Below are positions 41,333 to 53,377 of a stretch of 64,000 nucleotides of DNA, piece after piece. Position 1 is the first letter of the stretch; the number at the start of each line of letters is the position of its first letter. The position numbers and the translations under genes are program-made. The notes under the pieces are model-generated. The model saw only the letters and a list, made by a program, of their open reading frames with translations, was not told where the DNA came from and searched no databases. Source of the stretch: Eledone cirrhosa (taxonomy: Eukaryota); NCBI GenBank assembly GCA_964016885.1, contig OZ024741.1, forward strand, positions 54,312,001 through 54,376,000, given 5' to 3'.

Positions 41333-44300
41333 TATACCACCCCTAATGTTCCATAACCAGATGGTGTACTAGGTACCACCCCTAGTGTTCCATTACTAGA
41401 TGGTGTACTAGGTACAACCCCTAGTGTTCCATAACTAGATGGTGTACTAGGTACAACCCCTAGTGTTCCATAACCAGATAGTGTACTAGGTACAACCCCT
41501 AGTGTTCCATAACTGGATGGTGTACTAGATATAAGCCCTAATGTTCCATAACTAGATGGTGTACTAGGTACAATCCCTAATGTTCCATAACTGGAGGGTG
41601 TACTAGATACAACCCCTAGTGTTCCATAACTGGATGGTATACTAGGTACAACCCCTAGTGTTCCATAACTAGATGGTGTACTAGGTACAACCCCTAATGT
41701 TCCATAACTAGATGGTGTACTAGGCACAACCCCTAGTGTTCCATAACTGGATGGTGTACTAGGTACAACCCCTAGTGTTTCATAACTGGATGGTGTACTA
41801 GGTACAACCCCTAGTGTTCCATAACTAGATGGTGTACTAGGTAAAACCCCTAATGTTCCTTTACTGGATGGTGTACTAGGTACAACCCCTAGTGTTCCAT
41901 AACTGGATGGTGTACTAGGTACAACCCCTAATGCTCCAAAACTAGATGGTGTACTAGATACCACCCCTAATGTTCCATAACTGGATGGTGTACTAGGTAC
42001 AACCCCTAAAGTTCCATAACTGGATGGTGTACTAGGTACCACCCCTAGTGTTCCATAACGAGATGGTGTACTAGGTACAACCCCTAGTGTTCCATAACTA
42101 GATGGTGTACTAGGTACAACTCCTAATGTTCCATAACTGAATGGTGTACTAGGTACAACCCCTAGTGTTCCATAACTAGATGGTGTACTAGGTACCACCC
42201 TAATGTTCCATAACTAGATGGTGTAGTAGGTACAACCACTAGTGTTCCATAACTACATGGTGTACTAGGTACCACCCCTAGTGTTTCATAACTAGATGGT
42301 GTACTAGGTACAAACCGTAATTTTCCATAACTAGATGGTGTACTAGGTACAACCCCTAATGTTCCATAACTAGATGGTGTACTAGAAACAACCCCTAATG
42401 TTCCATAATTAGATGGTGTACTAGGTACAACCCCTAGTGTTCCATAACTGGATGGTGTACTAGGTACAACCCCTAATGTTCCATAACTAGATGGTGTACT
42501 AGGTACCACCCCTAATGTTCCATAACTAGATGGTGTACTAGGTACAACCCCTAATGTTCCATAACTAGATGGTGTACTAGAAACAACCCCTAATGTTCCA
42601 TAATTAGATGGTGTACTAGGTACAACCCCTAATGTTCCATAACTGGATGGTGTACTAGGTACAACCCCTAGTGTTCCATAACTGGATGGTGTACTAGGTA
42701 CAACCCCTAGCGTTCCATAACTGGATGGTGTACTAGGTACAACCCCTAATGGTCCATAACTGGATGGTGTACTAGGTACAACCCCTAGTATTCCATAACT
42801 GGATGGTGTACTAGGTACAACCCCTAATGTTCCATAACTAGATGGTGTACTAGGTACCACCCCTAATGTACCATAACTGGATGGTGTACTAAGTACAACC
42901 CCTACTGTTCATAACTAGATGGTGTACTAGGTACCACGCCTAATGTACCATAACTGGATGGTGTACTAGGTACAACCCCTACTGTTCATAACTAGATGGT
43001 GTACTAGGTACAACCCCTAATGTTCCATAACTGGATGGTGTACTAGGTACAACCCCTAGTGTTCCATAACTAGATGGTGTACTAGGTACAACCCCTAGTG
43101 TTCCATAACAGGATGGTGTACTAGGTACAACCCCTAATGTTCCAAAACTGGATGGTGTACTAGGTACAACCCCTAATGTTCCATAACTAGATGGTGTACT
43201 AGGTACAACCCCTAATGTTTCTTTACTGAATGGTGTACTAGGTACAACCCCTAGTGTTCCATAACTGGATGGTGTACTAGGTACAACCCCTAATGTTCCA
43301 TAACTGGATGGTTTAGTAGATACCACCCCTAATGTTCCATAACTAGATGGTGTACTAGATATCACCCCTAGTGTTCCATAACTAGATGGTGTACTAGGTA
43401 CAACCCCTAGTGTTCCATAACTGGATGGTGTACTAGGTACAACCCCTAGTGTTCCATAACTGGATGGTGTACTAGGTACAACCCCTAGTGTTCCATAACT
43501 AGATGGTGTACTAGGTACAACCCCTAGTGTTCCATAACTGGATGGTGTACTAGGTACAACCCCTAATGTTCCATAACTGGATGGTGTACTAGGTACAACC
43601 CCTAGTGTTCCATAACTAGATGGTGTACTAGGTACCACCCCTAGTGTTCCATAACTGGATGGTGTACTAGATACAACCCCTAATGTTCCATAACTGGATG
43701 GTGTACTAGGTACAACCCCTAGTGTTCCATAACTAGATGGTGTCCTAGGTACCACCCCTAGTGTTCCATAACTGGATGGTGTACTAGGTACAACCCCTAG
43801 TGTTCCATAACTATATGGCGTACTAGGTACAACCCGTAATGTTCCATAACTAGATGATGTACTAGATACTACCCCTAATGTTCCATAACTGGATGGTGTA
43901 TTAGGTACAACCCCTAATGTTCCATAACTAGATGGTGTATTAGGTACAACCCCTAATGTTCCATAACTGCATGGTGTACTAGATACAACCCCTAATGTTC
44001 CATAACTGGATGGTTTAGTATATACAACCCCTAGTGTTCCATAACTGGATGGTGTACTAGGTACAACCCCTAATGTTCCATAACTGGCTGGTGTACTAGG
44101 GACAATCCCTAGTGTTCCATAACTAGATGGTGTACTAGATACCACCGCTAATGTTCCATAACTAGATGGTGTACTAGGTACAACCCCTAGTGTTCCATAG
44201 CTGGATGGTGTACTAGGGACAATCCCTAGTGTTCCATAACTAGATGGTGTACTAGGGACAATCCCTAGTGTTCCATAACTGGATGGTGTACTGGGGACAA

Positions 44301-44580
44301 TCCCTAGTGTTCTATAACTAGATGGTGTACTAGATACCACCCCTAATGTTCCATAACTAGATGGTGTACTAGGTACAACCCCTAGTGTTCCATAACTGGA
44401 TGGTGTACTAGGTACAACTCCTAGTGTTCCATAACTAGATGGTGTACTAGGTACCTCCCCTAGTGTTCCATAACTAGATGGTGTACTAGGGACAATCCCT
44501 AGTGTTCCATAACTAGATGGTGTACTAGATACCACCCCTAATGTTCCATAACTAGATGGTGTACTAAGTACCATCCCTAG
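41333..44580 (-). repeat. 39-bp minisatellite, about 83 units, reading (STPSSYGTLGVVP)n on the minus strand
   Basis: Plus-strand unit GGTACAACCCCTAGTGTTCCATAACTAGATGGTGTACTA. Confidence 0.97.
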
Positions 44581-44634
44581 TCAATCATGGCGTTGTAGCT
44601 CTATGTAGAGGTTTAAAATGATTAAATAAATTAA

Positions 44635-44815
44635 TTGTCTCTACATTTGGCACAAGGCCAGCAATTACCCAGTGCATTTCTTGTACTTTATTTAATCGAC
44701 CCCGTAAGGATGAAAGGTAAAGTTAACCTCGGCGGGATTTGAACTCAGAATGGCAAGGGCCGTAACTCTGTGTGTCAAGCATGGTGTCCGACACTCTACC
44801 GATACTGCCAATCCA
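44635..44815 (-). mobile_element. tRNA-derived SINE
   Basis: Reverse complement of the family. Confidence 0.85.
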
Positions 44816-44914
44816 CAATAAATTAACTACATCCCAAAATAACACCAACAATAGAGCTACAGCCATTGAGATAAAGACGACGGGCAGCAACCCCACCGCT
44901 ATAAACTTTATCTA

Positions 44915-46400
44915 CATCATCACTATCATCACCATCATCACCACCATCATCTCCATCACCACCACCTACATGACTATCATCACTATCATCACCATCATCA
45001 CCACCATCATCTCCATCACCACCACCTACATGACTATCATCACTATCATCACTATCATCTCCACCATCATCTCCATCACCACCACCTACATGACTATCAA
45101 CACTATCATCAACATCACCACCACCGTCATCTCAATCACCACCACCTACATGAATATCACCACCACCAACATGACATCATCATCACCATCATCACCATCG
45201 CCACCACCAACATGACTATCATCACCATCATCACCATCGCCACCACCAACATGACTATCATCACCATCATCATCATCGCCACCACCAACATGACTATCAT
45301 CACCATCATCGCCATCGCCGCCACCAACCTGACTACCACCACCATCACTATCACCGCCGCCACCAACCTGACTACCACCACCATCACCATCACCGCCGCC
45401 ACCAACCTGACTACCACCACCATCACCATCACCGCCGCCACCAACCTGACTACCACCAACATCACCATCACCGCCGCCACCAACCTGACTACCACCACCA
45501 TCACCATCACCGCCGCCACCAACCTGACTACCACCCCCATCACTATCACCGCCGCCACCAACCTGACTACCACCACCATCACCATCACCGCCGCCACCAA
45601 CCTGACTACCACCACCATCACCATCACCGCCGCCACCAACCTGACTACCACCAACATCACCATCACCGCCGCCACCAACCTGACTACCACCACCATCACC
45701 ATCACCGCCGCCACCAACCTGACTACCACCCCCATCACTATCACCGCCGCCACCAACCTGACTACCACCACCATCACCATCACCGCCGCCACCAACCTGA
45801 CTACCACCACCATCACCATCACCGCCGCCACCAACCTGACTACCACCACCATCACCATCACCGCCGCCACCAACCTGACTACCACCAACATCACCATCAC
45901 CGCCGCCACCAACCTGACTACCACCACCATCACCATCACCGCCGCCACCAACCTGACTACCACCCCCATCACTATCACCGCCGCCACCAACCTGACTACC
46001 ACCACCATCACCATCACCGCCGCCACCAACCTGACTACCACCACCATCACCATCACCGCCGCCACCAACCTGACTACCACCCCCATCACCATCACCGCCG
46101 CCACCAACCTGACTACCACCACCATCACCATCACCGCCGCCACCAACCTGACTACCACCACCATCACCATCACCGCCGCCACCAACCTGACTACCACCAA
46201 CATCACCATCACCGCCGCCACCAACCTGACTACCACCCCCATCACTATCACCGCCGCCACCAACCTGACTACCACCACCATCACCATCACCGCCGCCACC
46301 AACCTGACTACCACCACCATCACCATCACCGCCGCCACCAACCTGACTACCACCACCATCACCATCACCGCCGCCACCAACCTGACTACCACCACCATCA
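44915..46400. repeat. CAC/CAT-derived minisatellites: a 60-bp unit, then a 39-bp unit (about 28 copies)
   Basis: Period 60 at 44915-45170. Unit ACCAACCTGACTACCACCACCATCACCATCACCGCCGCC at 45323-46400. Confidence 0.95.
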
Positions 46401-46437
46401 ATACCACAGACACTCACAATATCTTCATTATTACCAA

Positions 46438-46640
46438 CAGGGCGGTGAATTGACAGTATCGGTAGAGGGTCGGACGCCATGCTTTGCATCATAGAGTTAC
46501 GCCCCTTTACGGTCTGAGTTCAAATCCCACCAAGGTTAACTTTGTCTTTCATCCTTACGGAGTCGGGTCGATAAAATAAAGTACCAGTAATGCACTGGTA
46601 TAATTGCTGACCTTGTGCCAAAAAGTAGAAACAATTATTA
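46438..46640 (+). mobile_element. tRNA-derived SINE
   Basis: Full head, core and tail. Confidence 0.88.
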
Positions 46641-47114
46641 CCACCACCACCACCATACCACCACCACCGCCATTACAACCACTACACCGACCAACTCCGC
46701 CACCACCACCGCCGCCGCCATTACAACCACTACACAAACTACCACCACCACCGGCGCCATTACAACCACTACACCAACACCACCACCACCGCCATTACAA
46801 CCATTACCCCAACTACTCCCACCCCCAACACCAACACCACCAACACCAACCACCACCAACATCACCACCACCAACACCCCCACCATCACCAACACCACCA
46901 CCACCAACACCAACACCACCACCACCAACACCACCACCACCAACTCCGCCACCACCAACACCACCACCCACCACCACCACAACCTCCACCGCCGCCCCCT
47001 CCCCCGCCACCTACACCACCACCGCGATTACAACCACTACCTCAACCACCCCCACCCCCAACACCACCAACACCAACCACCACCAACATCACCACCACCA
47101 ACACCACCACCACC

Positions 47115-47587
47115 ACACCACCACCACCAAGCACCACTAACACCACCACCACCACGACCACCACCAACACCACCACCACCAACCACCACCACCACCACCA
47201 CCACCAACACCACCACCACCACCACCACCACCAACACCACCACCACCACCACCACCACCACCATAGAAACATCTCTCAACTAAGGAAATTAAAAATTCCT
47301 CGAGGAATTTACTCAATCCGTGCCAATAGTCAGAGAGATTTACCAAGAACGTCTGTTAGTACTTTCTAGTAGGTTCTAGAAGCTATGACTTCTACTCCAA
47401 TCTTCTTCATATAACTTTATCACGTGGTGTATAACAGAACTGTCATTGGGTGGATATAACTTCATATCCGATCACATAGCTCTTTATGTCTAGCCTTCTC
47501 CTACCCTTCTTTCCTAAAACTCTCTTCTTCTTCTTCTTCTTCTTCTTCTTCTTCTTCTTCTTCTTCTTCTTCTTCTTCTTCTTCTTC
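47115..47587. repeat. Copy 2 of the inverted duplication (partner at 24534-25040)
   Basis: The ORF track shows the same peptides on opposite strands (MSSLLLPFFPK, MFLWWW). Confidence 0.9.
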
Positions 47588-48003
47588 TCTCTCTCTCTAT
47601 CTATCTCACTCTGTCTGTCTCTCTCTCTCTCTCACTCTCTCTCTCGCTCTGTCTTTCCCCCACTCTCACCATCACTCCTTCCGTTTCCTTTCCTGTTTTC
47701 GTCTCTTTTTGTATCAACAAAGAAATTAAATTTCGTGCTTAGATTTCTGGCAGAATGCGCAAATAATTTTGTGTGCCTGTGTGTATGCATGTGTGTGCGT
47801 GTGGGTGGGTGTGTATATATATGTGTGTGTGTGTGTGTTTGTGTGCGTATGTGGGTGGGTAGGTAGGTGAGCGTGTGTGCGCGTGTCTATGTGTGTGAGC
47901 GTGTATGTGTGTGTGTGTGTGTGTGCATATATTATTTATACAATACTGTCCAGCACTTCTACGAATCAGTAGATTTTTAAATATTACTTTCTTCACAGGG
48001 ACG

Positions 48004-48048
<45 letters not shown>

Positions 48049-48169
48049 CGTATGTATGTGTGTATATGTGTGTGCACAAGTGTGTGTGTGTGTGTGTGTG
48101 TTAAAAAAATAAAAATAATTAATAGAGGACCTCAAACCGTTGTGATTCCTAAATAGAAAGCTAATCAGA

Positions 48170-48590
48170 CCTATGATGACAGACACCACAGCTTGAGGTC
48201 CACTATTCCATCTTTCGTTCTTCTATATGTCCTGTTTCTTTTATGACACGCATCAATCCAGCAGACGGATTAATTTTAAAATGGTACTCTCAATTGAATC
48301 GTCCGAAACCATTTTGCTGGTTTGAGAGCTGCTGAGGTTGAAAATATGTATGCGCAATCTTGTCTTGTACGTCACTTTTCCCTATTTTCTTCTGCCAGCC
48401 ATTTCTGTCTGCCAACACACTTCACCTTGTCTTCCTCCTCTTTCAATCTTTTCTATATTTCATCTGCCAGTGACCCATCTTGTGGATTGTCTCTCTGTTG
48501 ACCACTGGCCGTTGGTCGCTGTCCTCTGATGCATCTTTGCTCATCGATGTCTTTGACAGCATTTAACTGTTTTAACGGCTGTTCTAGCAA
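48170..48590 (-). pseudogene. Decayed RTE-type LINE 3' end
   Basis: Minus strand shows TRWV, RGGRQ, WLAEE and RWID motifs. Confidence 0.4.
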
Positions 48591-48604
48591 TGAATGAGTG
48601 TTTC

Positions 48605-48800
<196 letters not shown>

Positions 48801-49049
48801 GACGGAGAAATGAAACGAAATTTCATTTCCCACTCTTAGTACGGCTGTTACTTAAATATAAGTATGTACACGTACATACATATATGTATACAGACGTACA
48901 GTAGTATGTATATATATATATACATACATGCACACATATATATATGTACGTATGGATTCGCCGAACATTTATTATAATGCTCGGTGTGTTTGTAAACAAA
49001 CATCCCGTATTAAGCCGTAGTGTCTAGCAACCATCGTTGCTCGTTTGTT

Positions 49050-49104
<55 letters not shown>

Positions 49105-49768
49105 AGAGAGAGAGCATGGTATATGTATGTATATATATATATCAAAACCGCACCGTTCTATGTGGTATTTTTTCACTGAGACACACCACTTGTTGGCATG
49201 ATATGTGAGATAATGACCTGTCCAGAAACTGAATGAGTACTGAAGCAGTATCATGATCTGAGTATGACTCTCTTCTCATGGTCTTGATCCTATTGCTTCT
49301 CATATATTTTAGTGAAGCTATTCATATCAAAACGAAAAAAAAAATGATTATGTCTATGCCACGCTCTAACCATTTCTTACAAATAATCACTGGAACGAAA
49401 TCGAGCTTGACATTAAGTATCAAATTTCAACAATCTAAAAGATTTCTAATCTCAACGACCTATAGAAGGTAAACTAAAAATCGTGGGGAAAATGCTCATA
49501 TTTTGGTGACAATGCCCGAATGAATGCCGCCGAAATGTTCGAAATTAAATATAAGCCAACCGTATATTATATACGAAATAAATATATATGTTTGAGTATG
49601 TGAGCGTGTGTATAAATATAAATATATATGCATATAAACAACCTTGTCCAGACTTGTGCCTCGGAGGGGAACTTTCTTGGTACAAATCCCATGGTCATTC
49701 GTGACCGAAGGAGGACATCTTTTCATTTGTATATACTGTGTATATATACTGTATAAATATATATATAT

Positions 49769-49813
<45 letters not shown>

Positions 49814-49817
<4 letters not shown>

Positions 49818-50183
49818 GATATTAACAAATGGAAACAATATTTATAAAACCATATTTATATCATTATACATATTTCAAGGACACCAAGTTAAATTATGGT
49901 TTGCTTTCATCAGATAAAATATAATATAGAGCAGTTTTATAAATAAATATTGACATACCCTTAAAGAATGCAACCATTACTGTTGGAAGCTCCCGGATAG
50001 TTCGGGAGCTTCCAACAGTAATGGTTGCATTCTTTAAAGGTATGTCAATATTTATTTATAAAACTGCTCTATATTATATTTTATCTGATGAAAGCAAACC
50101 ATAATTTAACTTGGTGTCCTTGAAATATGTATAATGAAATAAATATGGTTTTATAAATATAGTTTCCATTTGTTAATATCGTA
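49814..50183. repeat. Foldback cassette with about 181-bp arms and back-to-back HHRs
   Basis: Centre GCTCCCG gatagtt CGGGAGC at 49996-50002. Confidence 0.95.
50077..50141 (+). ncRNA. Type-I HHR (mirror copy at 49857-49921 on minus)
   Basis: TATTTTAT-CTGATGA-AAGCAAACCA..TGGTGTCCTT-GAAA-TATGTA-TA-ATGAAATA. Confidence 0.75.
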
Positions 50184-50355
50184 TTTTTACTTCAATTATT
50201 TGTTGAGTGCTTTATATCAGTTATAAAAATATTTGCTTGTTGTATCCCAACAATTTAAATAGAACTTTTACATATATATATATATATTTATATATATGTT
50301 ATTGAGTAAAATGACAGGAGGCTGGACTGGTGAAATTCCTTAAAGGTATATTATA

Positions 50356-50415
50356 AACACTATGCACGTTTCAATGACCGGGCTCTGCAAGGACCCGGTG
50401 ACATCATCAGATGTT
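50356..50415 (-). ncRNA. Type-I HHR
   Basis: Minus strand: AACAT-CTGATGA-..ACCGGG..CCCGGT..-GAAA-CGTGCA-TA-GTGTT. Confidence 0.7.
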
Positions 50416-50674
50416 ACTAAATTTATCTAATAAAGGAATATAATAATGGTAGACACAATCCAAGGGGCTGAAAAGTAGAGAGAAATGTTTAAGAACCGAA
50501 GGCGGCCAGAGCCAGCAGTTGCCAGCCTGGGTGACCGCCCTCAAGTGACTATGGTTGACTATACGAAATGACTGGTTCTATCCAGTGGTGAACCAACAAA
50601 CCTAAATGAATATATATATATATATATATAAATAAATTCAAAATATTAACAAAATAGATATTCTTGTGATGAAG

Positions 50675-50944
50675 TATATTTTATTATACATATTTCAGAG
50701 GTACTGAATTAACTTCGACAGTACGTCCTCATCAGATAAAATAAGATGATGCATTTCATACCCCGACATAGTAGATGGTTAAGATTCAGTCATGGTAGTA
50801 GATTAAATTAAGATTCAGTCATGGTAGACTACCATGACTGAATCTTAACCATCTACTATGTCAGGGTATGTCATGCATCATCTTATTTTATCTGATGAGG
50901 ACGTACTGTTAAAGTTAACTCAGTACCTCTGAAATATGTATAAT

Positions 50945-50952
<8 letters not shown>
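50675..50952. repeat. Foldback cassette with back-to-back HHRs
   Basis: Arms 50675-50798 and 50828-50952, with a 19-bp duplication at the centre. Confidence 0.93.
50884..50950 (+). ncRNA. Type-I HHR (mirror copy at 50677-50743 on minus)
   Basis: TATTTTAT-CTGATGA-GG..GTACTG..CAGTAC..CT-GAAA-TATGTA-TA-ATAAAATA. Confidence 0.8.
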
Positions 50953-50976
<24 letters not shown>

Positions 50977-50978
<2 letters not shown>

Positions 50979-51167
50979 AAAATCTATAATCCCGACAGCA
51001 GAGCTCAAGTCGTTTCGACAGCTATTTCTGAGTCCATAAATAGCCGTTGAAACGGCTTGAGATCTGCCGCCGGGGCTATACATTTTCCTATTACACACTC
51101 TACTACCCTAAGTATTGAGTACCCTGGTGCGTTATGGTCCATCATCTTCGTTACCACACCTCATTCG

Positions 51168-51168
<1 letters not shown>
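50977..51168 (+). mobile_element. Palindromic short element, copy A (B at 55171-55355, C at 55708-55930)
   Basis: A hairpin around GAAACGGCTTGAG followed by the shared tail CACTCTACTACCCTAAGTATTGAGTAC. Confidence 0.85.
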
Positions 51169-51216
<48 letters not shown>

Positions 51217-51298
51217 GTAGGAGGTGAGTTTTATTGTAGTACAATAAAGCAATGCAGATATCGGATAAGAAGCACTCTACAGTTTGTAGGACTGGAGT

Positions 51299-51636
51299 AT
51301 ATATAATATAAGATCAAAAGATGGTTAAAGGAGTTCTATGTATTTTATTATGCGCATTTCAAAAACAAACATCATCATGCAATAATATTTGTGTTTTCAT
51401 CAGATAAAACAGGAGAACATGATATGAAGGCTAAAAAACACTTGTGGATAGTGCAGTTGATTTGTGGATAATGCATATGTTGATTTAAAACTGCACTATC
51501 CACAAGTGTTTTTTAGCCTTCATATCATGTTCTCCTGTTTTATCTGATGAAAACACAAATATTATTGCATGATGATGTTTGTTTTTGAAATGCGCATAAT
51601 AAAATACATGGAACTCCTTTAACCATCTTTTGATCT

Positions 51637-51646
<10 letters not shown>
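51299..51646. repeat. Foldback cassette with about 160-bp arms and back-to-back HHRs
   Basis: 51299-51458 is the reverse complement of 51489-51646. Confidence 0.95.
51536..51606 (+). ncRNA. Type-I HHR (mirror copy at 51341-51411 on minus)
   Basis: TGTTTTAT-CTGATGA-AAACACAAATATTAT..ATGTTTGTTTTT-GAAA-TGCGCA-TA-ATAAAATA. Confidence 0.85.
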
Positions 51647-51676
<30 letters not shown>

Positions 51677-51687
51677 GATATTAAATT

Positions 51688-51758
51688 TTCCTTCTGATGA
51701 ACGACTTCAGACGTGTCTGTTGGGGTCGCCTGTCTTCGTGAAACCTTGGGTAATTGAA
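51688..51758 (+). ncRNA. HHR with eroded stem I, isolated between (TA)n tracts
   Basis: CTGATGA-ACGA..TCGT-GAAA-CCTTGGG-TA. It shares the stem II base with the 9917 motif. Confidence 0.6.
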
Positions 51759-52097
51759 TAATTGTATTGTGTTGTTTATTCCATAATTATATATATATAT
51801 ATATATATATATTGTTATACTTTGGGAGGGTCGTGCTGCCAATATGAAACAAAAGAAATCTCTCAAAATAAATTCAAAAGCAAATTATATATATATTAAC
51901 GCATTGAATCCCTTATCCAACCGTGGTTTATCCGATCCCCTCTGAAATCAATCCTTAATGATACTTGTATTTCGACAGCAACGATTAAAATTTGAACAAT
52001 AATTAAGCCACCCGCCGTTATTTTTACTATAGAATATAATTTAGAAACTGGGCATATAAGACCGGAAAAGGGAACACAAATGGAAACCAGGAAAAAA

Positions 52098-52265
52098 GGA
52101 GGCTGGCTAGTCTAAACGGCTAGCACATTTATCCGGACAAGATGTGTGGGTTCGATTCCCACGCGTGATGATGTCCATTTCTTTAGTACTAGAGTCACAT
52201 ATGACATGGTATTAGACTAATTTCTTTAGTGAAAATCACAGCAAAAGCGATTAATCGAATTCTCC
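52098..52265 (+). mobile_element. Short tRNA-derived SINE-like element
   Basis: TAGTCTAAACGG A-box-like and GGTTCGATTCC B-box. Confidence 0.5.
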
Positions 52266-52277
52266 AATATATATATA

Positions 52278-53136
52278 CGAGGTGTGTCAGAAAAGTTCCA
52301 GGACTGATGTCACAAAAGATTTATTTCAAACCCAAACTTCACACTAAGAGTTTTCTCCTTCAAAGTAATCCCCCTGTAGTCTAATGCACTTTTCCATCCT
52401 TTTCTGCCACGCTTGCATGCACTCCTGGAAGGATTCTTCCGGGATCCTCCGCAGTTCCGTCGTCACGGCCTTTTTGATGTCGTCCACGTCTTCAAAACGG
52501 GTCCCCTCCGGGTCGTTCTCGAAGATCTATGACTCATCACTGGTGATGACTGGTTCGGTTTCAAGACGCTCGAGGATGTCCTGGCACACTTGCATGAGTC
52601 GACCCTTCTGGTCATCGTTCAGCAGTTTTGGCACCATCTTCGCGCAGACTTTCCGCATGTCCAAATCTTCAGTTAGAATCTTTCAGACGCTGTCCCGATT
52701 CATGCCCAGCTCATTTGCCATCAGTCGAACAGTCAGCTGACGATCGCTACGCACCATCTGTCTGACGCGCTCAACGTTGATCTCAGTCCTGGTTGTTGAG
52801 GGCCTTCCGCTCCTGGCGTCATCATCCACGTCCTCGCGTGACATCGTCTCATCTCCATACACTTGCTGCAGGAATCCCAGTGCTTCTGACGGAGTTTTCC
52901 CCAACCGTACCAGAAACTTCAAGTTTTTTCGTTGCTCTGTGCTAATTGCTTGACGACCTGAAACAGAGGACATGTATATAAAATTATGAAGAAAAAAGTT
53001 TGATCGCTGCAGAGAGCTAAGATTACAGTTACATACTCCAGGGGGATTACTTTGAAGGAGAAAACTCGTAGTGTGAAGTTTGGGTTTGAAATAAATCTTT
53101 TGTGACATCAGTTCTGGAACTTTTCTGACACACCTC

Positions 53137-53137
<1 letters not shown>
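52278..53137 (-). mobile_element. Internally deleted mariner with about 97-bp inverted ends and a TA target duplication
   Basis: TA-CGAGGTGTGTCAGAAAAG...CTTTTCTGACACACCTCG-TA. Transposase pieces include EQRKNLKF, DDARSGRPST, KMVPKLL and GDYFEG. Confidence 0.93.
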
Positions 53138-53205
<68 letters not shown>

Positions 53206-53212
53206 TATATAG

Positions 53213-53375
53213 GGCGGGTAAAATTCCCGAGATCTATGGACTAGATCTCTCCAATGGTCTTTGTCCCTTATCATCGATGACATGTCCTGCGTCTCCAAGA
53301 CCAGTATCTGTCCTTAGGCCATCAACATATGTCAACCTTCGTCTCCCTATTCTGGTGTGTCTATTCAGGGGTTCC
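53213..53375 (-). pseudogene. RTE-type LINE C-terminal fragment
   Basis: LTYVDGLR..ETQDMSSMIRDKDHWRDLV. Confidence 0.6.
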
Positions 53376-53377
53376 CA

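Noticed and set aside
41333-44580. CRISPR-like array
   Set aside because: Units are contiguous with no unique spacers, there are no cas genes, and the context is eukaryotic.
45146-46492. ORFs of 400+ aa (Gly/Asp-, Val- or Thr-rich)
   Set aside because: Several frames on both strands are open simply because the CAC-rich unit lacks stops. The ORF ends lie in a SINE.
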